The notes beneath the pieces were generated by a model. That model had not been told where the DNA came from. It worked only from the letters and a program-made list of their open reading frames with translations, and made no database searches. Both the position numbers and the translations under genes were made by a program. A stretch of DNA of 64,000 nt from Octopus sinensis. Its lineage: Eukaryota. The stretch lies in the NCBI RefSeq assembly GCF_006345805.1, contig NC_043002.1:107198001-107262000 (forward strand), read 5' to 3'. This document shows, piece after piece, positions 1 to 14,469 of the stretch (position 1 is the first letter of the stretch; each line of letters starts with the position of its first letter).

Positions 1-200
1 GATGGTGGGTGCTTCGTATAGGCTGTGTGTCTGCGGGGGCTTTTGTTCCATACATAGACAGCTCTATTATGTTGTGATCCGAGATCATTGTCGGCATCAC
101 ATTAACATTATGGATAATATCCATATTGTTTGTGAAGCAGAGATCCAGTATATTATCTGCCCTTGTTGGTTGCAGAACTATTTGCTCCATGAAAGAGGCA
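1..200 (-). mobile_element. LINE (CR1/L2-like) APE endonuclease C-terminal fragment, running off the window start
   Basis: Minus strand from ATG at 190 translates [22 protein letters not shown]...[10 protein letters not shown]. The PTR-x-x-N-x-LDL and SDH motifs are typical of LINE APE domains. Confidence 0.8.
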
Positions 201-202
201 TT

Positions 203-204
<2 letters not shown>

Positions 205-268
<64 letters not shown>

Positions 269-301
269 CATATATATATATACATACGTACATATATATA
301 T

Positions 302-364
<63 letters not shown>

Positions 365-491
365 CATACATACATATACATACATACATATATATATAAT
401 ATATATAATATATACATGTGTGTGTATATAAATACATACATACATACATACACACACACACATATATAACATATATATACATACATACAGC

Positions 492-573
<82 letters not shown>

Positions 574-578
574 TACAT

Positions 579-631
<53 letters not shown>

Positions 632-655
632 TGGATAGATAAATAGATAGATAGA
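205..655. repeat. Compound microsatellite (TA)n/(TACA)n/(GATA)n/(GACA)n
   Basis: Directly visible. Confidence 0.97.
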
Positions 656-1011
656 CTTCCGACCGCCAACACCTCTCATGTCCATTTCCTAAGTTCCTGC
701 CTTTAGGCTTTCACTTCATACACGCCAGCTCAATTTGATTCGTTCTCCGTCGAAAGACACCTGTTGTTATATTCTTGTTGTTTGTATTTGTTATTGTGTA
801 CCATGTTCTCCGTTTTTTTTTTGTCTTTATTGCCGTACACATTCGCTAGCTTTCTCACAAAAAATCTAATGCTCTTAGCTTAGACTTTTTGGTGGGGCAA
901 CCAGATCAAACTGTTTCAGGAGTGCGTTGGGGGATGCTGATATTCTCATGGAGGTGATCATCCAGAGAACGACCTGATGCACTAAACGTAGAAGTACGCC
1001 TGTACTGGAGT

Positions 1012-1401
1012 GGTGATGGAAGCACTCCATCGGTTACGACGATGAGGGTTCCGGTTGATCCGAATCAACGGAACAGCCTGCTCGTGAAATTAACGTGTAA
1101 GTGGCTGAGCACTCCACAGACACGTGCACCCTTAACGTAGTTCTCGGGGATATTCAGCGTGACACAGAGAGCGACAAGGCCGGCCCCTAGAAATACAGGT
1201 ACAACAGAAACAGAAAGTAAGAGTGAGAGAAAGTTGTGGTGAAAGAGTACAGCAGGGATCACCACCATCCCCTGCCGGAGTCTCGTGGAGCTTTAGGTGT
1301 TTTCGCTCAATAAACACTCACAACGCCCGGTCTGGGAATCAAAACCGCGATCCTATGACTGCGAGTCCACTGCCCTAACCATTGGGCCATTGCGCTTCCA
1401 C
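1012..1401 (-). mobile_element. tRNA-derived SINE, head H1 with tail A
   Basis: Reverse complement has a tRNA-like head with A-box TGGCCCAATGG and B-box-like GTTTTGATTCC. ACTGGAGT flanks both sides as a TSD. Near-identical copies at 5734, 54480 and 56564. Confidence 0.9.
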
Positions 1402-1482
1402 TGGAGTATATGATGCTGGCAGACGTGCAGTTAAAGTGCGGGTGGCTTGGTACCGAAGCTACACGCTTCTGGGGTACTAGGA

Positions 1483-1878
1483 GCTACACGCAGAGGGGAC
1501 AAACAAGGACAGACAAGCGGATTAAGTCGATTACATCGACCCCAGTGCGTAACTGGTACTTATTTAATAGACCCCGAAAGGATGAAAGGCAAAGTCGACC
1601 TCGGCGGAATTTGAACTCAGAACGTAGCGGCAGACGAAATACCTATTTCTTTACTACCCACAAGGGGCTAAACACAGAGGAGACAAACAAGGACTGACAT
1701 AGGTATTAAGTCGATTACATCGACCCCAGTGCGTAACTGGTACTTATTTAATAGACCCCCAAAAGGATGAAAGGCAAAGTCGACCTCGGCGGAATTTGAA
1801 CTCAGAACGTAACAGCAGACGAAATACCGCTTAGCATTTCGACCGGCGTGCTAACGTTTCTGCCAGCTCGCCGCCTTA
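1483..1878 (-). mobile_element. Tandem dimer of a tRNA-derived SINE with a Nin/Deu-like central domain
   Basis: Two ~190-bp head-to-tail units. Minus strand carries GACTTTGCCTTTCATCCTTTCGGGGTC..AAGTACCAG, resembling the Nin domain from memory. Head GGCGGCGAGCTGGCAGAA...GAGTTCAAATTCC. Confidence 0.8.
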
Positions 1879-2090
1879 ACCCTTTTAACACACTTAATCA
1901 ACAATTAACGACACCTTGAAGTCCGGTATGTCTTCCCACCAAGGGACATTGCATTACACGAAACACCTCATATTCGTCCTCAGAACATAATCTTCCTTAA
2001 CTCTAAATGAACGTGTCTCATGCTCCCCCCACTAAACTCTCACCCCGTGCCTCCTACTTTTTTATGGAAGTTGCGCAGGAAAGACCGTAA

Positions 2091-2530
2091 TCTTTCTCTA
2101 TATAAACGGCAGTTTGTCTGTCTGTGTGTCTGTGTGTCTGTCAGGTTGTACCCTCACCCTGACCACGGCTTTCAACCGATTCTGATGAAACCTGACACAC
2201 ACATAACCCAATGTCATAATTCAAAACTAATGCAGCGAAAATTTTGAAAAGATCCCCCAGTTCTGAAAAAAATCGATAAATTCGACATGTGGTCGAGAAT
2301 CTAAGCTTTTTATATGCAACACATTTTCTGTCTAGGGAACACAACTCGACCTTTTTATCGCCCAAAGGGACAGCTAGGAATATCGTATACACAGAAGTAT
2401 TCGAGTGAAGAGAAGACATTGCAACCTACACATGCGCCTTCGTTCCCTAGAGGGAAAGGACTAGATTGGGATTAGTCGTTGCCTACTAGGGGCTCTTACA
2501 TACCCGGGCAACGCCAGGCTATGCTGCTAG
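2091..2530 (+). mobile_element. Non-autonomous Helitron
   Basis: 5' TC(TTTCTCTATATAAA) after A; 3' hairpin CCCGGGCAACGCCAGG then CTAG followed by T; no TSD. Confidence 0.8.
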
Positions 2531-3077
2531 TGTTGTTATAAGAATGATTATATCTCTTATTTTCTTTTCTTAATGTCGTCGCGGTCTCAAAGCGACAAAA
2601 ATATTTCGACAAATTAAATTTAAATGTTGAAGTAAATCTAGCGGTTTTGTGTGTTTTTAAATGGTTTATAAGCACCTTCCACGCTGCAATTGTTTTTGTT
2701 TCAGCACACGATCTCAGATCAGGTCCCTTGCTATGCAAGTACATCTCCGTAATTTTTAATTTCATTTTCATTTTATCATCATATAGAAAATTAATGAATA
2801 ATCATCAAAAAATATATATCTTCAGTAATCAAGAGATCAATTAATAACAGGTCATTTAAACTCCAACATGTTATTGTGTCTAGACTGACATGTTTCTATG
2901 AGTGATCGGCAAAAAAGCAATTTTTAAGAGCAAGACATATTTAGCAGAAAAAGCAGAAATATCCCAGATAGTTCATACTACTTTGTGTTCGTCAGTTGTT
3001 TCATTAAGCTAAATATCATTAAATGTATAATTACATAATTGGGATCTCTAATGAAATTAATTTAATCGTCACACCTC

Positions 3078-3109
3078 ACCACCACCACCACCACCACCGT
3101 CGTCGTCGT

Positions 3110-3148
<39 letters not shown>

Positions 3149-3168
3149 TATCATCGTCATCATCATCG

Positions 3169-3241
<73 letters not shown>

Positions 3242-3362
3242 TCATCATCATCATCATCACATCATCATCATCATCTCATCATCATCATCATCTCATCATC
3301 ATCATCATCATCATCATCATTATCATCATCATCATCATCATCATATCATCATCATCATCATT

Positions 3363-3394
<32 letters not shown>

Positions 3395-3481
3395 TATCAT
3401 CATCATCATCATCATCATTATCATCATCATCATCATCATTATCATCATCATCATCTCATCATCATCATCATCATCATCATC

Positions 3482-3543
<62 letters not shown>

Positions 3544-3544
3544 T

Positions 3545-3588
<44 letters not shown>

Positions 3589-3589
3589 T

Positions 3590-3631
<42 letters not shown>

Positions 3632-3687
3632 TCATCATCATTATCATCATCATCATCATCATCATTATCATCATCATCATCATCATT

Positions 3688-3720
<33 letters not shown>

Positions 3721-3747
3721 TCATCATCATCATCATCATCATCATCA

Positions 3748-3797
<50 letters not shown>

Positions 3798-3816
3798 TCA
3801 TCGTCGTCGTCGTCGT
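3078..3816. repeat. (CAT)n trinucleotide array
   Basis: Directly visible; gives spurious poly-H/I/S ORFs. Confidence 0.97.
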
Positions 3817-4266
3817 TATTGTGGTCATTTGCTCATTAGGCTCGTGAGAAATCCTATTAATTACAATTTGCAATTTTCATCAAATTCCACAACTTGCAAC
3901 TTCAAACGGATGACGAGCACCAGAAAGGCCTACGTTGAGTTTCATAATAAATATTTACACACAAACACGTGGGAGTCTCTCGTAGTTTTCGAGAAAGACG
4001 ATTCTGCAATTCGTAGCTGGACAGGTTTCACAAATGATTTGTTTATTGTCTTAACATGTTTGTGTTGTACATTAGCTTTACACTCCATCAAATCGACACT
4101 GTCCATCTTGGTCGACGGTGATGCCACACATCAGACGTCGACGTATTCGCAGAGAAACGTGAAGTGAAGTGTGTTGCTCAAGAACACATAGCATCGACCC
4201 GGTCTGGGAATTGAGAAGATAATGCCGTGACCGTTAATGCAACACTAGGACATGCGTCCTCCCACG

Positions 4267-4773
4267 TACATACATACATACATACATACATCCATCCATC
4301 CATACATACATACACACACATACATACATACATACATACATACATACATACATACATACATACATACATACATGCATGCATGCATGCATGCATGCATGCA
4401 TACATACATACATACATACACACCATACATACATACATACATACCCACACACATACATACATACATACATATATACATACATACATATATACATACATAC
4501 AATATATACACACACATACATACATCATGCATGCATGCATACATTATATATACATACATACATACCCACATACATACATACACACTACATATACCATACA
4601 TACATACATACATACATACACACATACATACATACACACATACATACAGACATACATACATACATACATACACACCATACATACATACACACATACATAC
4701 ATACATACATACATACATACATACATACATACACACACATACATACATACATCATACATACATACATACACAC

Positions 4774-4834
<61 letters not shown>

Positions 4835-5270
4835 CACACACATACATACATCATGCATGCATGCATACATATATATATACATACATACATACACACATAC
4901 ATACATACACACTACATATATACATACATTACATACATATACATACATACATACATACATACACATACATACATACATACTACATACATACATACACACA
5001 TACACACATACACACATACACACATACATACATACATACATACATACATACATACATACATACACACACACATACATACATACATGCATGCATGCATACA
5101 TACATATATATATACATACATACATACACACATACATACATACACACATACATATATACATACATACATACATACATACTACACACATACATACATACAC
5201 ACATACATACAGACATACATACATACATACATACACACATACATACATACATACATAATACATACATACA

Positions 5271-5304
<34 letters not shown>

Positions 5305-5310
5305 CATATA
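4267..5310. repeat. (TACA)n degenerate array, ~1 kb
   Basis: Directly visible. Confidence 0.97.
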
Positions 5311-5426
5311 TACAGCCTTAGCCAAAAGTATCAGGCCACCCCAATGTTTTGGGGTTCTGCTACCTCAATATTAATGAAACTCGTGCACATGGTAGATTAT
5401 GGTATATATCACAATATACATTGGTT

Positions 5427-6971
5427 TTAATACCTGGTTGACCCTCTTTTAGCATAAATTACTGTTTTTATATGGTTGGGCATTGAATTAACTAGTTTCT
5501 TGCAGGTGTTAGGCGCAATTTTACCCCATTCTTTTCTTAACTTTTGCTACAAATGCTCTTTATTTTTAGTGGTTGTATTCCTGATAGCTACACCAAAGGT
5601 TCTCCATAGGTGCTCGATCGGATTTAGATCGGGACTTTGAGCTGGCCAGTCCATGGGAACAATACCCTGTGTCTCAAGCCATTGATGAGTATTCTTTGCT
5701 GTATGACATGGAGCGTTGTCCTGTTGAAAGATATGGATATGGAAGCACTCCGTCGGTTACGACGACGAGGGTTCCGGTTGATCCGAATCAACGGAACAGC
5801 CTGCTCGTGAAATTAACGTGTAAGTGGCTGAGCACTCCACAGACACGTGCACCCTTAACGTAGTTCTCGGGGATATTCAGCGTGACACAGAGAGTGACAA
5901 GGCCGGCCCCTTGAAATACAGGTACAACAGAAACAGGAAGTAAGAGTGAGAGAAAGTTGTGGTGAAAGAGTACAGCAGGGATCACCACCATCCCCTGCCG
6001 GAGCCTCGTGGAGCTTTTAGGTGTTTTCGCTCAATAAACACTCACAACGCCCGGTCTGGGAATCGAAACCGCGATCCTATGACCGCGAGTCCGCTGCCCT
6101 AACCACTGGGCCATTGTGCCTCCACTTGTTGAAAGATAACACTGTTTTTGGACACTCCTGGATGCAATTTAGCAATTGGTGGCTATAAAACATCTGATAA
6201 CATAGAAGTATAGGGAGCTGAATTCATCCTTCCCTGACGTAAAAATATCTCTCCAGGTCCTGTGGCAGACATGCAGGCCCACACCATGTTAGAACCGCTC
6301 CCATGTTTTAAGGTTGGTACCAGGCATTCAGCCTTAAATGCTTCCCCAAGACTGCGACGCATGAAAGTTGCACCAGATGTACCGAAAACCTGAGTAAAAA
6401 CATGAAAAATAATATTAGCTTTTTATTGGAAACCTTTTTTCATATATTTTAGGCAACAAACCAGTTACATTAAGTTTATATGTTGATTGAATACATGTAC
6501 TATCTTACTTCATAGTTACTTTAATCAGACCATTGCTCACTGGTCCAATTTGAGTGGTTCTTGGCCCACAGAAGACGTTTTTCCATATCCACTTCAGAAA
6601 CCCATGGCCTCTTCCTGGCTTTACAGCTTTTCAGACCGTACTCTACAAGCCTTCTTCAAACAGTTCTGGTTGGTATTTGTGAAGTACTTTGATTCGTTGA
6701 AGTCCGCACAAGGCTCCGACGGTGTTTTTCTCATGCTTCTGAGCGACTGACAGATGATGGATCTATCATCACGAGATGATGTAACCTTTTTTCTACCTGT
6801 TCTTTGTATTGTCTTCACATCTTTTGTCTCTCTGAAGTGGTTGAGAGTCGTTTGCACCGCACATCGAGAACGTTTCATCTTCTGAGCAATTTGCCTTTGA
6901 GACATTCCATTTTCATGATGAGCTACGATTTGACTTCGCTTACATTCACTCAACTCCCTTGTTTTAGGCAT
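5427..6971 (-). pseudogene. Tc1 DD34E transposase, disrupted by a stop, frameshifts and a SINE; one intron at 6390-6508
   Basis: N-terminal HTH MPKTRELSECKRSQIV..GMSQRQIA. First catalytic D in WSD*SNYE. Also KHGSGSNMVWACM, and FQQDNAPCH...WPAQSPDLNPIEHLW with 34 residues between D and E. C-terminus LVNSMP..AKRGSTRY*. Confidence 0.9.
5734..6126 (-). mobile_element. SINE H1/tail A inserted in the Tc1 transposase
   Basis: 12-bp TSD TGTTGAAAGATA at 5722-5733 and 6127-6138; near-identical to 1012-1401. Confidence 0.93.
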
Positions 6972-7271
6972 TTTACTGTTTATTAACTGTATCTACGAAG
7001 TATTTTAGCATAAAACTCTGAAATAATCAATGAAACATAAGTAAATTTTGGCCGTTGGTCTAGCTCATAATTGGTTGCATGTGTACAGTACAGTATAAAA
7101 CCAGTAAATGATGCTAAAGGAGGGTCAACTAGATATTAAAACCAATGTATATTGTGAAATATACCATAATCTACTATGGGCACGAGTTTCATTAACATTG
7201 AGATAGCAGAACCACAAAACATTGGGTTGACCTAATACTTTTGCCCAAGACTGTATATATATATATATATG

Positions 7272-7666
7272 CTAGCAGTATCGCCCGGCGTTGCTCGGGT
7301 TTGTAAGGGAAATAACTATATAAGCATTTTTAGAGATGTAAAGTATAATAGCCATCTCAATATGGCTAACCACAAAGGGGGGTGTTACTGTAGCTTTTTA
7401 CGTTCTGAGATTTAATAATAAATTTTTAGAGAGTTACTTCCCTTATATATGCCAAAAATGCATTAAAAATGGGAAAAATTGATGGTGATTTCTTTTTTAA
7501 ATCGTAGACTCATCGTAGACGCGCGCTAATACCCAGAAGGGCTCGATATGAATCACGACTATAAGATACCCGGTTTTGGTTAAACTGCACCGCAAAATGT
7601 GGGAGTAGTTAGGAATCTAAATCGTAGGAGACAGACAGCACACAACCTCACTTTTATATATAAAGA
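7272..7666 (-). mobile_element. Non-autonomous Helitron
   Basis: Minus strand runs TCTTTATATATAAAA...CCCGAGCAACGCCGGG-CGATACTG-CTAG; same family as 19013-24199. Confidence 0.85.
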
Positions 7667-7687
7667 TATATATACATATATATATAT

Positions 7688-7995
7688 ATCACGTGATCAC
7701 GTGACCGATCAGGCTATCAGATGTTGCTACACATCGCTGGTCACAATGTGCTTGGCATTGTTTTAGCCTTCAAATGACGCCACTCCACTGGCTAAGCGAG
7801 TAGACCAACAGAAGAAAGAGTGAGAGAAAGTTGTGGCGAAAGAGTACAGCAAGGATCGCCACTACTCCCTGGCGGAGCCTCGTGGAGCTTTAGGTGTTTT
7901 CGCTCAATAAACACTCACAACGCCCGGTCTGGGAATCGAAACCGCGATCCTACGACCACGAGTCCGTTGCCCTAAACACTGGGCCATTGCGCTTC

Positions 7996-7998
<3 letters not shown>
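7688..7998 (-). mobile_element. SINE H1 with tail B (RTE-like 3' end)
   Basis: Same head and body as the 1012 copy but a different tail ending CGGTCACGTGATCACGTGAT. Confidence 0.85.
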
Positions 7999-8049
<51 letters not shown>

Positions 8050-8053
8050 ACAT

Positions 8054-8617
<564 letters not shown>

Positions 8618-9336
8618 ATAATATATACAGTGGACGCTGGAAAAAGTATAAGTATTTGTGAAGGAAATCTAATTCTCGGCGACAACTATGATTGTCACAC
8701 GCTGACGAGAGGTCAATACCTCGAAACTCGAGTCCGTGTGTATCATAAGTTGAAGACGGGAAGGATGACTTCCCTTTGCAAATACTGACAGGACACAGAA
8801 AGTGTGTCTATGGCCAGCTGGAGGAGTGTGTCCTCCTGGGGCTAAAAACTACAGTAGCATCCACCCTTAGGGGTAGCCATATTGAAATGGCAAATATACG
8901 TCACGATATATATATATATATATATATCTTCTGTATATAAAACTGAAATGCGTTTTTACCGCTTGGAACGCTTTCAATGCCACTACATCCCGTCCGATTC
9001 GCTCCAAAATTTACAGGGACATGTAGAATGAGGTGACGATGCTCGTGGGCTACCTTAGAAATCCCTAGCTTAAAAGGTGTGGTTGCTAGGGGCCATCTTC
9101 CTCACTCACGCTATTTCCTCCTTTCCCTCTCTTACTCCCCTTCATTAATAACTTTGAGAATGCCACTCCCGTTATTAATGTATTCCCCTCAACTCCCTTT
9201 CACTTTCCCCTTATGAGTTCGTCAGGCGGCTTTCTTTGATGTATCTCTTTGCATTCATAGGAGAATTATCATCGCTACCAAACAACACACAATCATGAGA
9301 ACAAATATTATGAATCAGATATTCTTGCGTTCATTT

Positions 9337-9389
<53 letters not shown>

Positions 9390-9785
9390 TGTGTTCTATA
9401 TATAAATATGTATATATAATGTATGTATGTGTGTGTCTATATATAAATATGTTATAATAATTATGTGTGTGTGTGTGTTCTATATATAAATATGTATATA
9501 TAATGTATATATACAAAGTGTATATATCTTTATTATGTATATTAAACTTTTTCATAGTTATATATATTTTTAAACAAATTATAAATATAATTTAATAATT
9601 TTATTTTCAATTTAAATAATTTAAATTTTTCAATTTTATATTTTATATATTTTCTATATTATATATATTTTTTAATGTTTTTGTTTTTGTTTTTCACTGT
9701 TTGATTTGCCTATTAGTGGTTTTATCTCTAATTAATTTATACAGATATATATCTCATTTGTATACATTTGTATATATAATGCGTG

Positions 9786-9825
<40 letters not shown>

Positions 9826-10616
9826 TATATAATATATACACATATATTATAATGTGTGCATTACGTAGTCGGTCGATTCAGCTGAAAATATGCACACCTA
9901 TGTTAAAAGTGCTGGCAAGTTTGCATGACAAGTATTTTTTCCTCAAATGAAAGGCGTCACCTCTAGGACCAAATTCCTCATCTTATAAAATGTGGCCCCA
10001 GTAGACCCGAATGAAATCGGGTTATATTAACCAAATATGAAAAGGGGTCTAAATGGGGCTGGAAGGGGATTAAAATTTCAAGGAGCGGGTGTTTAGGAAT
10101 TCTCTGTTACATCAAGCTAAAAAATTGCGCCAGCCTTTTAATCGTCAATGTGTTGCCGTCCATGATAAAGAAGTTTTGAATGCTTGCCATGGTGAGTCTA
10201 CTGTCGTGAGAAAGAATCACTTCAAAACTTGGTGTTTACGAATTTTCTTACATCAAGTTCAAAATTTTACGCCAGCCGTTTTAAACTGTCACTACGTTGC
10301 TGTCCGTCGTTAAGAAATGCCAGGCATGGTGACTCTACTATCCTCAGATTCTATCCCTTCAAACTTTGGTTTCCAATATTTTATTATTTTTATTCAGCTC
10401 GCAAGTTCGTCTGTCCCTTTTAAATGTTAGCGTTTTGCTGTCTGCCTTGAAGCAGACCTTTCCGTTGCCACTGCCTGATATTTATGATTGATCTTTCTAA
10501 ATATTTTATTTCTCAACTCACTCAAGATCTTCTGTTGTTTATAAATGGGAGAGAGATAGATAAAGATAGAGAGTGGGAAAGTGAGAGAGAAAGGAGAGAG
10601 AAACAAAGACGGAGAA

Positions 10617-10920
10617 TCATCTTCGTTTAACGTCCGTTTTCCGTGCTAGCACGGGTTGGACAGTGTGACCGGGGTCTGGGAAGCCAGGAGGCTGCACCAG
10701 GCTCCAGTCTGATCTGGCAGTGTTTCTACAGGTGGATGACCTTCCTAACGCCAACCACTCTGTGAGCGTAGTGGGTGCTTTTTTCGTGCCGCCGGCACAG
10801 GTGCCAGGGGGGCTCGCAGCGGCAACGATCGGTTGGTGCTTTTTACGTGCCACCGGCACAGAAGCAAGTCAAGGCGGCGCTGCAATCGACACGTTCGGAT
10901 GGTGCTTTTTACGTGCTGGA
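10617..10920 (-). mobile_element. 5'-truncated RTE-clade LINE 3' UTR
   Basis: Minus strand ends ...CGGACGTTAAACGAAGATGA; same family as 35846-36432, which retains the RTE ORF end. Confidence 0.75.
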
Positions 10921-11529
10921 AGGAAGCAACAGAAAGTAACAACCACACTCTTACCCGCGCGTAGAGCGGGTCACCTTCAGCTAGTATATATATATATATA
11001 CACACACATAGGGAGAGCGAAAGAGAGAGAGAGTATCCCAGCATGACCGTGGTCCCGTTACTGAGAGAAGTAAAGTTAAAATGTTGTGGGTGAGTGTGTT
11101 TGCTTGTGGTAATGTCTCCGCTGTTGTATTTAATACTCAAACTTTCATGATTGTATCTCCTAAACTGTTTTATAATTAAAAGCTCAATGAACCCTTAAAA
11201 AACAAAATAACCATTTTGTTTTTCCCATTCAGTTTCGCCTTGTTTGGATGAGCTTAAAGGCAGATTTATTTTCTTTAATAGCATTGGGGTACAAAAGAAT
11301 TGGGGGATAGATAAAGGGGACACATGAAAAAAAAAAAAAAAAGCACAAAGTAGGAGGAGAGAGAAAAGGAAAACACAGCAGGGATGATGTTGGTGGGAGG
11401 GGAGCAGGAGTAGGAGTTGAAAGACGAGGGAAAGGAGGAGGAAGTGTAAGGCTACGCTGTTAAGCTGTGATTATCTTAAATCTCAAAAATAAGGATCACA
11501 CCTAAAGTTACATTAACAATTTATTGTAC

Positions 11530-11870
<341 letters not shown>

Positions 11871-12073
11871 CTTTAACCGGTTAATTTAATGTCAACATAT
11901 TTAATTACAGAGAATATTAAAATGTTAAATAGAAATAAATACGCTAAGCCACAAAAGTCATTAGCGAATATTATTTTCATTTTCTTCAGCTACAGAGACA
12001 ACTGTGGACAGGTTTCGGTCTTATTATTATCTCATCAGTGAGGCATAGATTTCATCGTGCTTGGAGTAGTGTC

Positions 12074-12116
<43 letters not shown>

Positions 12117-12448
12117 CGCGTACGTCTACATGCGCGCGTGCTTTGGCCCATATAGCCACTGAAGGTCCATATAAGATTTTTCTGGGGTCCACGCAAGCAA
12201 AATACTAAACTACGCATCCGCAGCAGTATTTTAAGGGTCCAGGCAACAGGTTTGTTTTAGATGTATGTTATTGTAGCAAACAGCCGTGTTTCTTTCTCTG
12301 CAGTTCAACCTACACAGGTTAATGTATGAAAAACGAAATAAGGATTTTGAAAGAAGTTTCTATAAGACTAGTTTTTAAAACAAGGAATGGATATGGGGAC
12401 CACCAAAATAAAATGGTAACCCGCAGGAGACAGACAGACAGATAGATA

Positions 12449-12624
12449 GGCGCAGGAGTGACTGTGTGGTAAGTAGCTTGCTAACCAACCACATGGTTCT
12501 GGGTTCAGTCCCACTGCGTGGCATCTTGGGCAAGTGTCTTCTGCTATAGCCCCGGGCCGACCAATGCCTTGTGAGTGGATTTGGTAGACGGAAACTGAAA
12601 GAAGCCTGTCGTATATATGTATAT

Positions 12625-12658
<34 letters not shown>

Positions 12659-12853
12659 TTGTCCCTCTAGCATTGCTTGACAACCGATGCTGGTGTGTTT
12701 ATGTCCCCGTCACTTAGCGGTTCGGCAAAAGAGACCGATAGAATAAGTACTGGGCTTACAAAGAATAAGTCCCGGGGTCGATTTGTTCGACTAAAGGCGG
12801 TGCTCCAGCATGGCCGCAGTCAAATGACTGAAACAAGTAAAAGAGTAAAAGAG
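12449..12853 (+). mobile_element. CORE-like tRNA SINE H2, full length
   Basis: GGCGCAGGAGTGACTGTGTGG (A-box), GGTTCAGTCCC (B-box), CATCTTGGGCAAGTGTCTT (CORE-like), central (TA)n(TG)n, tail AAACAAGTAAAAGAGTAAAAGAG. Confidence 0.9.
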
Positions 12854-12862
12854 TATATATAT

Positions 12863-12863
<1 letters not shown>

Positions 12864-12908
<45 letters not shown>

Positions 12909-12926
12909 TGACAGATAGATAGATAC

Positions 12927-13014
<88 letters not shown>

Positions 13015-13015
13015 T

Positions 13016-13073
<58 letters not shown>

Positions 13074-13088
13074 GATAGATAGATAGAT
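12864..13088. repeat. (GATA)n array
   Basis: Directly visible. Confidence 0.95.
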
Positions 13089-13199
13089 GAAATATTCGAA
13101 CAATGTCATGACTTAAAGTCCGTAATGTGGTAACGCGTGTTCGATTCTTGCTACAAGTTCCTCAACACCGAAGATCCACACAGGCAACCAAGGGTTACC

Positions 13200-14100
13200 A
13201 TCAATGAGGTGTACTTGATCTCAACAATGAACCCTGACGATGGCTTTCCAGTTAATATTTAAAGGAATGCAAGAAAGCTCTCACAAAACTATCTCAGATA
13301 TTTTTCCAGGGTTTCTTCGCGTGTAGCAAACTCCCCCAAATGTTAAAAGGAAGTATTATGTGTCCTGTCCATAAAGGAGGAAGCAGAGCGAATTATAAGA
13401 ATTACAACCTCACATGTTTGCAATGTCATAGAACGCGTTGTAAGAAGGAACCAGATTACATTCCTAGAAGAAAATTCTATGATTTCCGTCGAGAAAGGAA
13501 TTGCCTTTCACAGCAATTACAGCATTATGACTGGGTACTGAAGCAACACCCAACCATCTAAATGCGGATGTGATATATCTCGACTTTGATAAAATAGATT
13601 ATCAAATGATATATCACAAACTGTATGACCTTGGAAAAGTAGAGGAATCAGATAGTTGCAGCCTATAATGCTCGAAGGAGATGTGAATTCTAAGCGAATT
13701 CCCTCGGGGAAATGTACGAGGAGCACTACAACTTGTGGTGGCTCTGTCAGACAGTCCCTCAATCATATAGTCAGCTACTCTCACTAGCTGTGCTGGCGAT
13801 ACAAAAAAATATCACACAGTCAAAAACTCTGCTGATGACATAAAACTACAGAGAGAACTAAATGCAATATACAAGTGGGAAGAAGAAAACAGCATGCATT
13901 TCAACGCTGAAAAGCTTCAAGGTCTCTGCTATCAATCCACGAACAAATTGCACGAAAAATATTGAAGATTAGAAGGCATTGCAATCCCCAAAACTGAACT
14001 AATATACGCAGAATATTGCCTAGTTACAACAGATGAGCTAAGGGAAAATATGAAAGAACCGAGTCTCTACACCCCAGAGCGAAGAAGCGAAAGATAGGCA
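13200..14100 (+). mobile_element. Degraded CR1/L2-group reverse transcriptase relic
   Basis: Fragments CPVHKGGSRANYKNY and FRRERNCLSQQLQHYDWVLKQ match the KGG..NYRP and GFR..RSC..QL motifs; many stops and indels. Confidence 0.75.
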
Positions 14101-14213
14101 TTTTTGAAGCTCCGATAAAGCTATAGGGTGATGCACATGCACCCTTCGCTGAGTGCGCTGTATTTTATAGCAGAAACAACTGTAAGCTAATTAAATCCAT
14201 TGCATAATCTACT

Positions 14214-14375
14214 GTGGCTGTGTGGTAAGTAGCTTCTTTACCAACCACATGGTTCCGGGTTCAGTCCCACTGCGTGGTACCTCGGGCAAGTGTCTTCGAC
14301 TATAGCCTCGGGTCGACCAAAGCCATGTGAGTGGATTTGGTAGACGGAAACTGAAAGAAGCCCGTCGCATATATG

Positions 14376-14469
<94 letters not shown>

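Larger units (their letters stand above)
5313..7253 (-). mobile_element. Tc1-family DNA transposon with ~145-bp TIRs and TA TSD
   Basis: TA|CAGCCTTAGCCAAAAGTAT... and ...ATACTTTTGCCCAAGACTG|TA form imperfect inverted repeats; a transposase lies inside. Confidence 0.92.

Noticed and set aside
2575-2610. GTCGC..GCGAC-AAAAATATTT resembling hammerhead stems II/III
   Set aside because: No CUGANGA upstream and no G in GAAA; possibly a truncated pLTR relic but unsupported
3023-5430. Long ORFs (poly-H/I/S, YIHT repeats), and similar ones at 11.5, 16.5-17.6, 18.0 and 25.8 kb
   Set aside because: Stop-free translations of microsatellites, not genes
8927-9330. Helitron-like 5' end TCTTCTGTATATAAAA
   Set aside because: No matching 3' hairpin and CTAG found
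12005-12045. CTGATGA...GAAACCTGTC on minus, hammerhead-like
   Set aside because: Stem II is mismatched and stem I does not pair; at best a decayed relic
12368-12874. Recurrent ORFs such as ...[14 protein letters not shown]...[13 protein letters not shown] and MVVIPAVLFHH...
   Set aside because: Translations of SINE copies; they recur only because the SINEs recur
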